Counted from the first letter of the stretch, positions 46,251 through 56,273 are shown. The stretch: DNA of 63,868 bases from Bacteroidales bacterium (GCA_007134675.1 SLKJ01000006.1:1-63868); one strand, 5' to 3'. Notes: generated by a model not told the origin, from the sequence alone. Numbers and translations are program-made.

Positions 46251-47236
46251 ACAAGTTGTCCTCCGGTTATGGAAAGTTTACGCGTAATGTAGGCTGCAAT
46301 AAGGTTAACTATAAGAGATATAACAAACAGGGACAGCGCTATTGCCATGAGGCTTGAAAGATGCAGGTTTTCAACTGCTTCCCGGAATTCATTTATGATA
46401 ACCGAAGGCATGGTTGAGGCAGGTCCTATAATCGAGAATGGTAATGTGTTTTTATTGCCAATTAGCATTGCCACAGCCATTGTTTCTCCGACTGCACGGC
46501 CAAGAGAAAGCATAGCCCCGGCCATTATGCCGCCTCTTGCATAGGGGAGTACAGCCATGCGTATTACTTCCCATCTTGTGGCTCCCAAAGCCCATGCCGC
46601 TTCACGCTGTTCTTTGGGCACCTGGCGAATGGCATCATTGGTCAGGGCTGTTATATAAGGAATTATCATCAATGCAAGAATAATGGTTGCAGTGGTTATC
46701 CCGTAACCTATCGGGTTTCCCAAAACAGGCAAAAGTGACGGATAATGATCTGCTGTCCACGTAAAAACGGGCAGATAAAAAGTCTCCCTCATCCATGGCG
46801 CAAACACGAATATCCCCCATATTCCTATCACAACGCTGGGGATGGCTGCTATCATCTGCACGAGGTTTTCGATGATGCCTGAAAGCCATCTCGGGGAATA
46901 TTCGGCCATGAAAATTGCAATGGCCACTGCCGGGAAAAATGCTATAGCCAGAGAAACAAGGCTGGTTATCAAAGTGCCGAACAGAAAAGGCAGAGCTCCG
47001 AATTTAAGATGTAATCCCGCATCCCATGTTGTTCCCCTGAGGAAGCCTATAATACCGAACTCTTGCCAGGTGGTGCTGCTTTCCGAATATAGGACAAAGG
47101 CCATTGATAATGCAAGCAATATAATGCTTGAGCCCAATGCTACCGTTACTGTCAGAAATATCCTGTCTCCAAGCCACCTGTAAATTATTGAAAGAGGCCT
47201 TTTCAGTTCCGGGTTGGCTGTCTGATTCTCTTGCAT
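46247..47236 (-). CDS. pstC: Phosphate ABC transporter permease PstC
   Basis: 329 aa permease with the loop REAAWALGATRWE. Confidence 0.9.
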   Translation of the reverse strand: MQENQTANPELKRPLSIIYRWLGDRIFLTVTVALGSSIILLALSMAFVLYSESSTTWQEFGIIGFLRGTTWDAGLHLKFGALPFLFGTLITSLVSLAIAFFPAVAIAIFMAEYSPRWLSGIIENLVQMIAAIPSVVIGIWGIFVFAPWMRETFYLPVFTWTADHYPSLLPVLGNPIGYGITTATIILALMIIPYITALTNDAIRQVPKEQREAAWALGATRWEVIRMAVLPYARGGIMAGAMLSLGRAVGETMAVAMLIGNKNTLPFSIIGPASTMPSVIINEFREAVENLHLSSLMAIALSLFVISLIVNLIAAYITRKLSITGGQLV

Positions 47237-47260
47237 CTTAAAGATATAGTAGTCAGTGTT

Positions 47261-47302
47261 GTAATTAATAAAAGGATGGATGACCGGTTATCTCATCCAT
47301 CC
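47261..47302 (-). terminator. Intercistronic stem-loop / partial terminator between pstS and pstC
   Basis: On the minus strand, GGATGGATGA-gataaccgg-TCATCCATCC (47302-47274), followed by TTTTATTAATTAC. Confidence 0.5.
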
Positions 47303-47323
47303 CTCCGGGTTATATCATGTTTT

Positions 47324-48478
47324 TTAAATGAGGCCGGCTTTTTTCAGCATTTCCTGACCAACCGGATCACCTCTCCATTTTATCTGCTTTATCATATCAA
47401 AGCTCCTTTGTATGGCAGCCTCCGGCAATCTGGCATAGCCCAGTCCTTCTGAAAGCTCCTGGCCATCTGTAATGCTCCAGATAATAAATTGAACCAGTTC
47501 TTCGGCTTGCCTGCGGCTGTTTATTGCATTGTTCTTGTCGAGGTTTTCATAGACAAGCATCCACGCAAAACCGGCAATTGGATAACCATCGGGAGCGGGT
47601 GTATTTGTGAACAGAACCCTGGTATCTTCGGGAAGGTCAATATTGGCAGCTGCAGTTGTGGCGGCGTAGCTGGGTTCAATTATATTTCCTGATGAATTTT
47701 CAACATAGGCAAACGACATATCATTGAGAAGTGCATAGGACAAACTGTTGTAACCTATGGCACCCGGAGTGTTTATTACTGCTCCTGCCACGCCCTCGTT
47801 TCCGTTGCCTCCAATTCCTGTCGGCCAGTTCACGCTGGTGCCGAAACCTATTCTGGTTCTCCATTCATCCGAAACTCTTGTGAGATAACTTGTGAAAACG
47901 TTTGTGGTTCCTGAACCGTCAGAGCGGTGAACAACCGTAACCGGCAGCGAGGGTAAATTTTTTCCGCTGTTAAGTGCAGCTATTTTAGGATCATTCCATC
48001 GTGTTATCCTGCCCAGGAATATATCTACCAGAACTTCTCCGTTCAGGACCAGGCCTTTGCCGATACCCGGGAGATTATAGGTTGGAACCACATCTGCAAG
48101 AGTAATGGGTATGTTGAATGCCCTTCCCTCTGTCTGCTTTTCAACGTCTGCCATCACTTCATCGGAAAGGAACGCTTCGGTCATACCGAACATTATTGTT
48201 TGTTCCACAAACTGGCGTATTCCTCCGCCTGATCCGATGGACTGGTAATTCACAGTAACACGGTTGTTTGTTTCATCACGGTATTCGTCTGCCATGGCGG
48301 TAACCAGTGGTGCCGGAAAAGATGCCCCGGCTCCGAGCAGGTCGATACGTGAGGCATCAGAGGTTTCTCTTTCTGCCGATCTCTCTTCGGATACTCCTCC
48401 GCCGCAACTTGCAGCAAGGATAATAATTCCCGAATACGCTAAGAAGCCTAGCGTTTTAAATATCAAAGTTGATTTCAT
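47324..48478 (-). CDS. pstS: Phosphate ABC transporter substrate-binding lipoprotein PstS
   Basis: 384 aa. Lipobox LAASC and a PBP-like domain (GAGASFP, YQSIGSGGG, RSDGSGTT). Confidence 0.9.
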   Translation of the reverse strand: MKSTLIFKTLGFLAYSGIIILAASCGGGVSEERSAERETSDASRIDLLGAGASFPAPLVTAMADEYRDETNNRVTVNYQSIGSGGGIRQFVEQTIMFGMTEAFLSDEVMADVEKQTEGRAFNIPITLADVVPTYNLPGIGKGLVLNGEVLVDIFLGRITRWNDPKIAALNSGKNLPSLPVTVVHRSDGSGTTNVFTSYLTRVSDEWRTRIGFGTSVNWPTGIGGNGNEGVAGAVINTPGAIGYNSLSYALLNDMSFAYVENSSGNIIEPSYAATTAAANIDLPEDTRVLFTNTPAPDGYPIAGFAWMLVYENLDKNNAINSRRQAEELVQFIIWSITDGQELSEGLGYARLPEAAIQRSFDMIKQIKWRGDPVGQEMLKKAGLI

Positions 48479-48526
48479 GTTTTGTCGTTTTTGATTATTA
48501 ATTTCAATGCAATGATATCCTTAAAA

Positions 48527-48566
48527 TTTTACAAAGATGTTACACTATTGTTACAAATATGTTACA
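48527..48566 (-). promoter_or_regulatory. Pho-box array upstream of pstS
   Basis: Four direct heptamers at an exact 11-bp period. On the minus strand they read TGTAACA-tatt-TGTAACA-atag-TGTAACA-tctt-TGTAAAA. They lie 49-88 nt upstream of the pstS ATG. Confidence 0.7.
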
Positions 48567-48725
48567 TCAGGAAAGGCTGAAAATATTTTAAGCCACACAT
48601 TTCTGCCGGTGGAGGGTACAGGAATGAAGAACTAGAATAATAGAAAATTATCGGGCAGATAATATTCAGATAGTCAGCACTCAGAAAATACTGGCATTAA
48701 GGAGATATGAAATCGGATATAAAGG

Positions 48726-50768
48726 CTATTTTCCTCCAGGGGCAGCATGTTTTTCCAGCCACTTCCTCACCTGCGAGTACCAGTAGATGGAGTTGTTGGG
48801 TTTCAGTATCCAGTGGTTCTCATCGGGGTAGTATATAAGCCTTGATTCCACCCCCCGGTGCTGAAGAGTCCTGAAAAGCTCGAACGCCTGTCCCACAGGC
48901 ACCCTGTAATCAAGCTGGCCGTGTATTATAAGGGAAGGGGTGTCAAAATTCCCGGCGTAGTAATGAGGTGACAGCTCCCTGTAAATTGACGGGTCTTCCC
49001 AGTAATCTCCGAATCTGGTGGTATGGACCGCAAAGTCACTTGCCATCTGGCTGTAAAAATTATATACCGGAGCATGGATTACCAAAGCATTGAACGGGTG
49101 TTCCCTGCCAAGCAGAATGCTCGAAAGGTAACCACCGTAACTTCCACCTCCTGCTATCATCCGGGTCTCGTCGATCCAGGGTTGATCTGCAAACCACTCT
49201 GCTGCCTTCTTTGTATCTGTATAGGGTTTAGTTATCCAGTCAGGGTTTATTGCATCTGTAAAATCCTGCCCGAATCCTGATGAACCATGAAAGTTATGCC
49301 ATGCTGTGACATAACCCCACGAGGCAAATGTCTGTGCGTTCCAGCGGAAATGGAATCCGTCGGTTATTCCGCTGTGCGGTCCACCATGAATAAGCAGGTA
49401 CAGGGGGTATTTTCTGGTTTTATCAAATCCCGGCGGGTAGTGTACCCACATCTGTATATCCTGGTCTCCGGCTCCCGGGTAGGTTACCGATTCATATGTT
49501 CCCAGTTGGACGTTATCAAAAATTTTATCGTTAAAGGTATCAATTCTCCTTTTTTCTCCCTTACGGGGATCGACAATAACCAGTCTTGGCGGGTAAAGGA
49601 AACTCTGGTTAATTGCAACCAGTGTTCCGTTATCTGATACAGAAAGTCCGGAATAGTCTGTCTCGCTTGTAACAGGACGGGGAGATCCTGTGGCAATATC
49701 AATTTGATATATCCTTCTGGTTCCTGCATCGTCAATGGCTCCGTAAAATCCTAAACCATCAGGCATCCATACCAGTCCGTCAGCCGACCTGTCCCAGTCA
49801 CCGGCTACCTCCCTCTGTCTTCTGTTATTCAGGTTATGAATTATCAGCCTCCTTTTATCAGCATAGAATCCTTTGATCCTCTGCTGGTTGAATGCAAGAT
49901 ACCGGCTGTCGGGGCTGAAGCGGGGATTTAAATCGGTCGCTTCATTTGCCTCTGTGATATTGACCGCCTCACTGCTTCCAGGCCTTACCAGAAATATGTC
50001 GATCTCCGGATCGACACCATCCCTTTTGCTGTCTGCCATAAAGGCAACCCATGAATTGTCGGGGGCTACATCGTAACTCGATGCCCCCTGGCTTGAGCGT
50101 GGCAGTTCCCATCCTGTGGGGAGGGTAACAGGCTCAACATCTCCTCCGGCGGACGGGACCCTGTAGAGATGAGCCTGGCGCTCCTCATCAATCCATGAAT
50201 CCCAGTGCGCATATGGCAGTGCGTTCCATGTGAGTGCAGACATATGGGAGTCACGGTTCTTTTTGATACGTTCTGACATTTCTTCCCAGCTTTTGCCGGG
50301 CCATACCCTGGTAATGAAATAAATATAACTGTCCGCCCATTTGGGTGCGCTTACGCCAGTTGGTATTTCCGTGAGCCTTGTTGCTTCACCGGGTTCTTTT
50401 ATGGGAAGAAGGTATATCTGCGGTGAATCGTCACTATCGCGCCTGCTTACAAATGCCAGTTGTGATCCATCCGGGCTGAACACAGGTTGTCCGTCCGCAA
50501 AACCGGACATTGTCAGTTGCCTTTCAACCGAGCCGTCCGTTGCAAACAGCCAAAGGTCGGTATGACTTTTATCGTCATCAACCGTATATCGTGTTATGGG
50601 TGCCACGACCCAGTGGCCGTCGGGCGATATGACCGGCGAACCCAATCGCTTCATTTCCCAGAGCACCTCGGCCGAAAGGTAACGGCTCTCTTCCTGCGCT
50701 TTGATTATTGTTGTGTTGTTGAAAAATGAAGCGGCAATCAATAAGATAGTTAAACTAAGCTGTTTCAT
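48726..50768 (-). CDS. S9-family serine peptidase (prolyl oligopeptidase/DPP type) with N-terminal beta-propeller
   Basis: 680 aa. Signal peptide, TolB-like propeller repeats, and a C-terminal alpha/beta hydrolase with nucleophile motif GGSYGG. Confidence 0.85.
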   Translation of the reverse strand: MKQLSLTILLIAASFFNNTTIIKAQEESRYLSAEVLWEMKRLGSPVISPDGHWVVAPITRYTVDDDKSHTDLWLFATDGSVERQLTMSGFADGQPVFSPDGSQLAFVSRRDSDDSPQIYLLPIKEPGEATRLTEIPTGVSAPKWADSYIYFITRVWPGKSWEEMSERIKKNRDSHMSALTWNALPYAHWDSWIDEERQAHLYRVPSAGGDVEPVTLPTGWELPRSSQGASSYDVAPDNSWVAFMADSKRDGVDPEIDIFLVRPGSSEAVNITEANEATDLNPRFSPDSRYLAFNQQRIKGFYADKRRLIIHNLNNRRQREVAGDWDRSADGLVWMPDGLGFYGAIDDAGTRRIYQIDIATGSPRPVTSETDYSGLSVSDNGTLVAINQSFLYPPRLVIVDPRKGEKRRIDTFNDKIFDNVQLGTYESVTYPGAGDQDIQMWVHYPPGFDKTRKYPLYLLIHGGPHSGITDGFHFRWNAQTFASWGYVTAWHNFHGSSGFGQDFTDAINPDWITKPYTDTKKAAEWFADQPWIDETRMIAGGGSYGGYLSSILLGREHPFNALVIHAPVYNFYSQMASDFAVHTTRFGDYWEDPSIYRELSPHYYAGNFDTPSLIIHGQLDYRVPVGQAFELFRTLQHRGVESRLIYYPDENHWILKPNNSIYWYSQVRKWLEKHAAPGGK

Positions 50769-50926
50769 TGTCTGGTTTAATTAAAATCTGCGGATTAATT
50801 ATATAATTTCAATAAATCATTCATGGTACGGAGATTTACCGTAGACATTTTTTAAGAAAACATTTATTTCCAATCTAATATTATCATTTGCCTTTATTTG
50901 AGCAACTAAAGATCATTTGGGTGGCT

Positions 50927-52375
50927 CTATCTCCAGATCCTGTCGGCAAAGTCCATGAAATAGTGCCAGTCCACCCGTGTCAGGTTATGCCCGCCCGAGC
51001 GGATATGGTAACCAAGTGGCCCGGAAAAAAGGGGTTCGTCAAGTGGAGGCATATCCTCAGGGTCTATTGGAGGATGGCTCCAAAGTCCGAATACAGGCGA
51101 AGCGTTGGCCAGAGCCAGGAATTCACCCCGGGGATCAGCCCAGAGATCCATGTCGGCACTGGCAATGTATAGCGCACGGGGAGCTATAAGTGCCAGGAGC
51201 ATATGCTGATCGAAATGAAGTTTGTCCTCCCGGTTGTTGAATCGCTTAAAATTATCTGCGAACCAGTGGGTGTACCAATTCACATTTTCAACAGTTTCGC
51301 CATAGCGTCGCTTGCTGAGGGCTGCACCACCACAGCCCGAATTATTGGATATCACCAGGGCAAACCGTTTATCTTCAGCACCGGCCCAAAGTGAAGCCTT
51401 GCCTCCACGGGAGTGTCCAAGTATGGCAACTCTGGAACAGTCAATACGGTTATCGGTCTCAAAATAATCCATTGCGCGGCTGGCTCCCCATCCCCATGCT
51501 GCGATACCTTTCCATGCGTCAGGCGGACGTTTTCCCATAGCTGCATCGCCTTCAAAGAGCCTGATTATGCCTTCTCGGTACTTTTCATGGTCATCCGGTG
51601 CCAGGTCCTGATTCTGAATCGCAGCAATTCCATAACCGCGTTCGATAACCTCTTCGGCTGGCCAGAACCCTGATTTCTCCTGTCTGGTCGGATCTGTGTT
51701 ATCGGGACTACGGTTATTCATGAGCAGAAATACAGGAACGGGTTCTTCGAATTGATTGGGCAGAAAAATAATCAGTTCGAATATATGGTCCCGGCCCTCA
51801 TGGGCACTGTGTATTTCTATAATCCGAAGGGTGGCGGCTCCATCCATTGCCGAAATGTCCTCACGGACAAGATTAAAGGTAAGTTCATCGGGCAAGCCGG
51901 GCCGGCGTCCATACATATCCTTGCGGAAAATCTCAAGAATACCGGGTCGGTGTAACTTCCAGTTTTCAACAGAGCTGATAATGGTGCCGTCTGATCTTTC
52001 CAGAGGATCAGGAAGTTCATATTCCGGAACCTCATTCTCATGCCACATAAATACAGGCCTTCTTTCTTCCATCTCTTTGATTACAGAAGGATTGGCTTTC
52101 CACCCGGATTCCCCTCCGTTTCTGTAAATATTATCAGATTCTGGTCTTGTTTCTGAAGGTAAGATACCGCTGTTACCGTCATCTGCAAAAAAATTATCAT
52201 GGCTGTGTGTATTTCCGCACAAAACCATGTCAGGTAAAAATAAAACGCATATGAAGATTATGCGGAGGTAATTGGAAACAGCATGAAAAAAACTTGTTGA
52301 ACATATCATGCCCTGACGAAAGGGAGCTGACATCAGAACCTGATCAGATAAACAGGAATATTGCATCATAATCAT
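50927..52375 (-). CDS. Alpha/beta hydrolase, CE15 glucuronoyl-esterase-like
   Basis: The motif LGHSRGGKASLWAGAEDKRFALVISNNSGCGGAALSKRRYGE matches the G-x-S-R-x-G-K nucleophile region I recall for bacterial CE15 enzymes. The start is ambiguous: ATGs at 52375, 52369 and 52366, or 52309 (MICST..., signal-peptide-like). Confidence 0.7.
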   Translation of the reverse strand: MIMMQYSCLSDQVLMSAPFRQGMICSTSFFHAVSNYLRIIFICVLFLPDMVLCGNTHSHDNFFADDGNSGILPSETRPESDNIYRNGGESGWKANPSVIKEMEERRPVFMWHENEVPEYELPDPLERSDGTIISSVENWKLHRPGILEIFRKDMYGRRPGLPDELTFNLVREDISAMDGAATLRIIEIHSAHEGRDHIFELIIFLPNQFEEPVPVFLLMNNRSPDNTDPTRQEKSGFWPAEEVIERGYGIAAIQNQDLAPDDHEKYREGIIRLFEGDAAMGKRPPDAWKGIAAWGWGASRAMDYFETDNRIDCSRVAILGHSRGGKASLWAGAEDKRFALVISNNSGCGGAALSKRRYGETVENVNWYTHWFADNFKRFNNREDKLHFDQHMLLALIAPRALYIASADMDLWADPRGEFLALANASPVFGLWSHPPIDPEDMPPLDEPLFSGPLGYHIRSGGHNLTRVDWHYFMDFADRIWR

Positions 52376-53529
52376 AAATTTGCTGAAATATAAGAAAAAG
52401 TAAGAAAATAAGCTGATGAATTGATGACCTGATTTGCCCCGGCAGGTTTATTGAGCATATTTTTAACAAACCATGCAATTAATCCGCATTGGATGCCGAA
52501 TGGAAGATACCCCGCATAACCAAGCAGGGGCATTTCAAAAATCAGGAACCGGTGGACAAAAGGGATTGAGTATTCCCACCGGGTATAGCTGAAATAATTC
52601 CACATCTCCCAGAAAAACCCGCAAACCACTGCTGAAAGGGCCAGTAGGAATAATTTTTTCCAGTTTCCTTTTGGAATATCATTCAGAAATGTCGGGACAC
52701 CGGCAACAACCATTGCTGCTGCAAAAATTAGAGTGGGAGCCAGCCACAGCATCGGAAAAAGATAATCAGGAAATATGCTTGTCAGAGAAAGGGCTGCAAC
52801 GGCAACCACTGCGGCAGATACTGCCATAAAACGCGGACGGGATACAGGGATGCTTACAAAATGATCCAGTCCCCTGCTCAGTCCCCGAAAAGTCTTAAGA
52901 AACCGAAAGGTGCTGATCACTGCCGGAAGCACAGTGGCAAACGGAAGGGTTGCATACAGAAAGAACTCTAAACGATTAAGAGCTTCCACATTAACATAAT
53001 ACCAGTTCTGAACGAACTGGTTAAGGAACTCGAAGTACCACCAGAATATAGCGCTGAAAAAGAACAGACAGGCTAAATAAAATGGTTCATGGGAAATCAG
53101 CGACCGGCCGCTTCGTTTTAAAGTGAGGGCATTTACCAGGATTATGTATCCGATCCAGGGGATTGTGAAGGTGTGTGTCTGTATATTGCTGAACCAGGGA
53201 AAACGGGTCCATGCCAGGACCCAGCCTGTAACCATTATCAAAAGTCCTGACCATCCCCAAAATGGAAATCCATGACTTTCTTCACTCTTTCTCCGGGTGA
53301 TTTCTTTTGATGATTTTATTTTGATCAAAAACGGGGAAATGGTCAGGATGATCAGGAACAGAAAAAGAAAGAATGCAGTCCATGAGAAGGATTCATGAGC
53401 TATTGTCACAGAGGTGGTCATGGGAGGAAAAAAAAGGTGCTCTTTCACAGGTTCTCCTGAAAAATATATGCCCAGTAAAGGAGCTCCGATCAGGCACACT
53501 ATAGTAATTACCAGTGAAATAATTCGCAT
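52372..53529 (-). CDS. Polytopic membrane protein of unknown function
   Basis: 385 aa, about 10 hydrophobic segments. Internal duplication with aromatic motifs FWWYFEFLNQFVQNWYY and FFWEMWNYFSYTRWEY. The stop overlaps the esterase start (ATGA). Confidence 0.65.
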   Translation of the reverse strand: MRIISLVITIVCLIGAPLLGIYFSGEPVKEHLFFPPMTTSVTIAHESFSWTAFFLFLFLIILTISPFLIKIKSSKEITRRKSEESHGFPFWGWSGLLIMVTGWVLAWTRFPWFSNIQTHTFTIPWIGYIILVNALTLKRSGRSLISHEPFYLACLFFFSAIFWWYFEFLNQFVQNWYYVNVEALNRLEFFLYATLPFATVLPAVISTFRFLKTFRGLSRGLDHFVSIPVSRPRFMAVSAAVVAVAALSLTSIFPDYLFPMLWLAPTLIFAAAMVVAGVPTFLNDIPKGNWKKLFLLALSAVVCGFFWEMWNYFSYTRWEYSIPFVHRFLIFEMPLLGYAGYLPFGIQCGLIAWFVKNMLNKPAGANQVINSSAYFLTFSYISANL

Positions 53530-53628
53530 GATTATCCTGATTTATCATTACAAAATTAGCACATTTATATAATAGAAATGATTTAATACATACTTTTGCT
53601 GCTATCCTGCATATAAATCATTAGTTTA

Positions 53629-54558
53629 ATGCCCGGTTATCAAAGTAAGTATTCTGACCTGATCAAAGCCAGGGCCCTGGATCTGGGTTTTTCCGGTTGC
53701 GGGATCTCTGCAGCCGGGTTTCTTGATGACGAGGCAAAAAGACTTGAGGCATGGCTGAAATCAGGTATGCATGGGAAGATGATTTATCTGGAGAACAATT
53801 TTGATAAAAGGGTTGACCCCAGCAGACTGGTTGAGGGGGCAAAAAGTGTAATTACAGTATTGCATAACTACTATCCGCGGGAGATTCAAAAAGATCCTGA
53901 AGCTCCTGTTTTGTCTAAATATTCCTATGGGACCGATTATCATTTTGTACTAAAGGATAAACTCAAAAAACTCCTGGCATTTATGAATGCCTCAATTGGA
54001 GAAATTAACGGCAGGGCTTTTGTCGACTCTGCCCCTGTGATGGAGCGGGCCTGGGCCGCCCGGTCGGGGACCGGCTGGATAGGAAAAAATACAAACCTTC
54101 TTGTAAAAGGTGCAGGCTCTTTCTTTTTTATTGGTGAGCTTATAGTTGATATAGAACTGGCTACCGATGCCCCTTCAGGGGATCTGTGCGGCAATTGCAG
54201 TCTCTGTATTGACTCCTGTCCAACCGGTGCCATCACGGCACCGCGACAGCTTGATTCCCGTCGATGCATCTCTTACCTGACGGTTGAATACAGGGATCAG
54301 TTGCCGGCAGAAATGCGGGATAAACTGCAAAACAGAGTTTTTGGCTGCGACATATGTCAGGACGTTTGTCCCCACAACAAAAAAGCGATACCACATAATG
54401 AACCGCTGTTTAATGCAGATCCTGAAATACTTGAGATGACCTCAGCGGATTGGAATGGTATGAAAAGAAGCTTATTTAACCGTCATTTCGCCAGGTCTGC
54501 CGTTAAAAGGGCAGGCTACAAACTTATCAAACGAAATATTGAGTTTCTGAAGGGATAG
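53629..54558 (+). CDS. queG: tRNA epoxyqueuosine(34) reductase QueG
   Basis: 309 aa. Two 4Fe-4S motifs (CGNCSLCIDSCPTGA, CDICQDVCPHN) and the WIGKNT motif. Confidence 0.88.
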   Translation: MPGYQSKYSDLIKARALDLGFSGCGISAAGFLDDEAKRLEAWLKSGMHGKMIYLENNFDKRVDPSRLVEGAKSVITVLHNYYPREIQKDPEAPVLSKYSYGTDYHFVLKDKLKKLLAFMNASIGEINGRAFVDSAPVMERAWAARSGTGWIGKNTNLLVKGAGSFFFIGELIVDIELATDAPSGDLCGNCSLCIDSCPTGAITAPRQLDSRRCISYLTVEYRDQLPAEMRDKLQNRVFGCDICQDVCPHNKKAIPHNEPLFNADPEILEMTSADWNGMKRSLFNRHFARSAVKRAGYKLIKRNIEFLKG

Positions 54559-54634
54559 TTTTACCTCTCCTCACCCTGTCACCCGTATCGCCTGAATTTT
54601 TGGAATGTTGCGATTTTGTCTGACCGGCAATTTT

Positions 54635-55039
54635 TTAAGCTCTCATAACCGTCACTGATATCTTCCGGCTGGAGCGGGGACCATCAAATTCGCACAGGAA
54701 AATATTCTGCCATGTTGACAACCCGAGCTTACCATTAATTATTGGTATTGTTTCAGAAGGGCCGACAATACCGGCCTTTAAATGTGAGTCGCCATTATTG
54801 TCCTGTGCATCATGTTCCCAGACTCCGTGGGGAATAAGTTTGTTGAGCAGGCTGATAACATCATTCTGTACCGAATTGTCCCAGTTTTCCTGAATCATTA
54901 TCGCAGCAGTCGCACCCTGTACATACACTGAAACTACACCCGTACTTACACGGCTTTTGGATACAATAGAACTAACCTGTTCTGTTATGTCATACAATCC
55001 GTTGTGACTGGTGGTCTTTATATTTATTCCTTCCTGCAT
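54635..55039 (-). CDS. YjbQ/UPF0047-family protein (secondary thiamine-phosphate synthase)
   Basis: 134 aa. Family-typical GLYDIT...VSVYVQGATAAI...DSHLKA pattern. Confidence 0.8.
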   Translation of the reverse strand: MQEGINIKTTSHNGLYDITEQVSSIVSKSRVSTGVVSVYVQGATAAIMIQENWDNSVQNDVISLLNKLIPHGVWEHDAQDNNGDSHLKAGIVGPSETIPIINGKLGLSTWQNIFLCEFDGPRSSRKISVTVMRA

Positions 55040-55192
55040 ATTTTCAAAAAGCTGAAGTTAGTATATAAATGCGTATTTTTACACTGGTAAGGCAGATACA
55101 AATTTAGATGAAAAAATATACACAGACAAGATGAAGGTCACATCTGGTATATATACGCAACAACTGTAATCAGGAGAATTTGTATTCTAAAA

Positions 55193-56206
55193 ATGGATTT
55201 GTTCCGCACAATTGTTAATGTTCCCGAGAGCCGCCGCAAGCTGGATTATGATACCAGCTCGCTGTGGATGGGGTCATGCTTTACAGAAAATATTGGCGTA
55301 CGCTTGAAGGATCTGAAATTTCCTGCAGAGGTAAATCCGTTTGGTGTACTTTATAATCCGGAATCGATAAAAAATTCGATTGTTATACTTAAAGAAAAAA
55401 GATTATTCACTGAAGAGGACCTGCTTTACGGAAATGATCTCTGGTACAGTTTTTATCATCATTCAAGCTTTTCTCATCCCGACCGGGATATCTGCCTTCA
55501 AAAGATCAATAATAGTATAGAAAGGGCTTCCCGCCTCCTTGAGAATGCTGCATTTCTTTTTATTACATTCGGGACGGCAAGGGTATATAAGCTTAAAGAA
55601 TCGGGGGCGGTTGTCTCTAATAACCATAAGCTTCCGCAAGACAGGTTCAGAAATGAACTGCTGGAAGTTGATGATATAGTTGATTCATATAAAATCCTTA
55701 TTGATGGTTTGCAGAAATTCAACCCCGGATTGCACCTGGTCTTTTCCCTGAGTCCGGTAAGGCACTGGAAAGATGGTGCAACCGGCAACCAGATAAGTAA
55801 ATCAACCCTGATGCTGGCAATAGCAAAGTTGACGGAGGTATTTGGTAATGTTTCATATTTTCCGGCTTATGAGATAGTAATGGATGAATTAAGGGATTAC
55901 AGGTATTATGGCGATGATATGATTCATATCAACAATCAGGGAGTGGAGTATATTTGGAAAAGGTTCATGGATTCTTTCTTTGCCACCTCTGCTCTTTCTC
56001 CTGCGAAACAGATTTCCGATATAAGCCAGGGAATAAGACACAGGCCGTTTAATCCTTTCACTGAAAAACACCGGTTGTTTTTGCGCGGACTGCTTGAACG
56101 GATCACTCTTATTGAAAAGTCCCTTCCGTCGGTAGATTTTTCAGATGAAAAGAGAGAGATCCTCAGCAGGCTTGAAAACTATGGGGGCCATAATAGTTTT
56201 CTATAG
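55193..56206 (+). CDS. GSCFA-domain protein
   Basis: 337 aa. The eponymous MGSCF motif near the N-terminus and an SGNH-like layout. Confidence 0.8.
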   Translation: MDLFRTIVNVPESRRKLDYDTSSLWMGSCFTENIGVRLKDLKFPAEVNPFGVLYNPESIKNSIVILKEKRLFTEEDLLYGNDLWYSFYHHSSFSHPDRDICLQKINNSIERASRLLENAAFLFITFGTARVYKLKESGAVVSNNHKLPQDRFRNELLEVDDIVDSYKILIDGLQKFNPGLHLVFSLSPVRHWKDGATGNQISKSTLMLAIAKLTEVFGNVSYFPAYEIVMDELRDYRYYGDDMIHINNQGVEYIWKRFMDSFFATSALSPAKQISDISQGIRHRPFNPFTEKHRLFLRGLLERITLIEKSLPSVDFSDEKREILSRLENYGGHNSFL

Positions 56207-56273
56207 TTCTAAAAGTCTTTATTTTCGTGGGTTGGAATGACGTGAACAAAATCGATCTCCTGATGTTTAGCGA

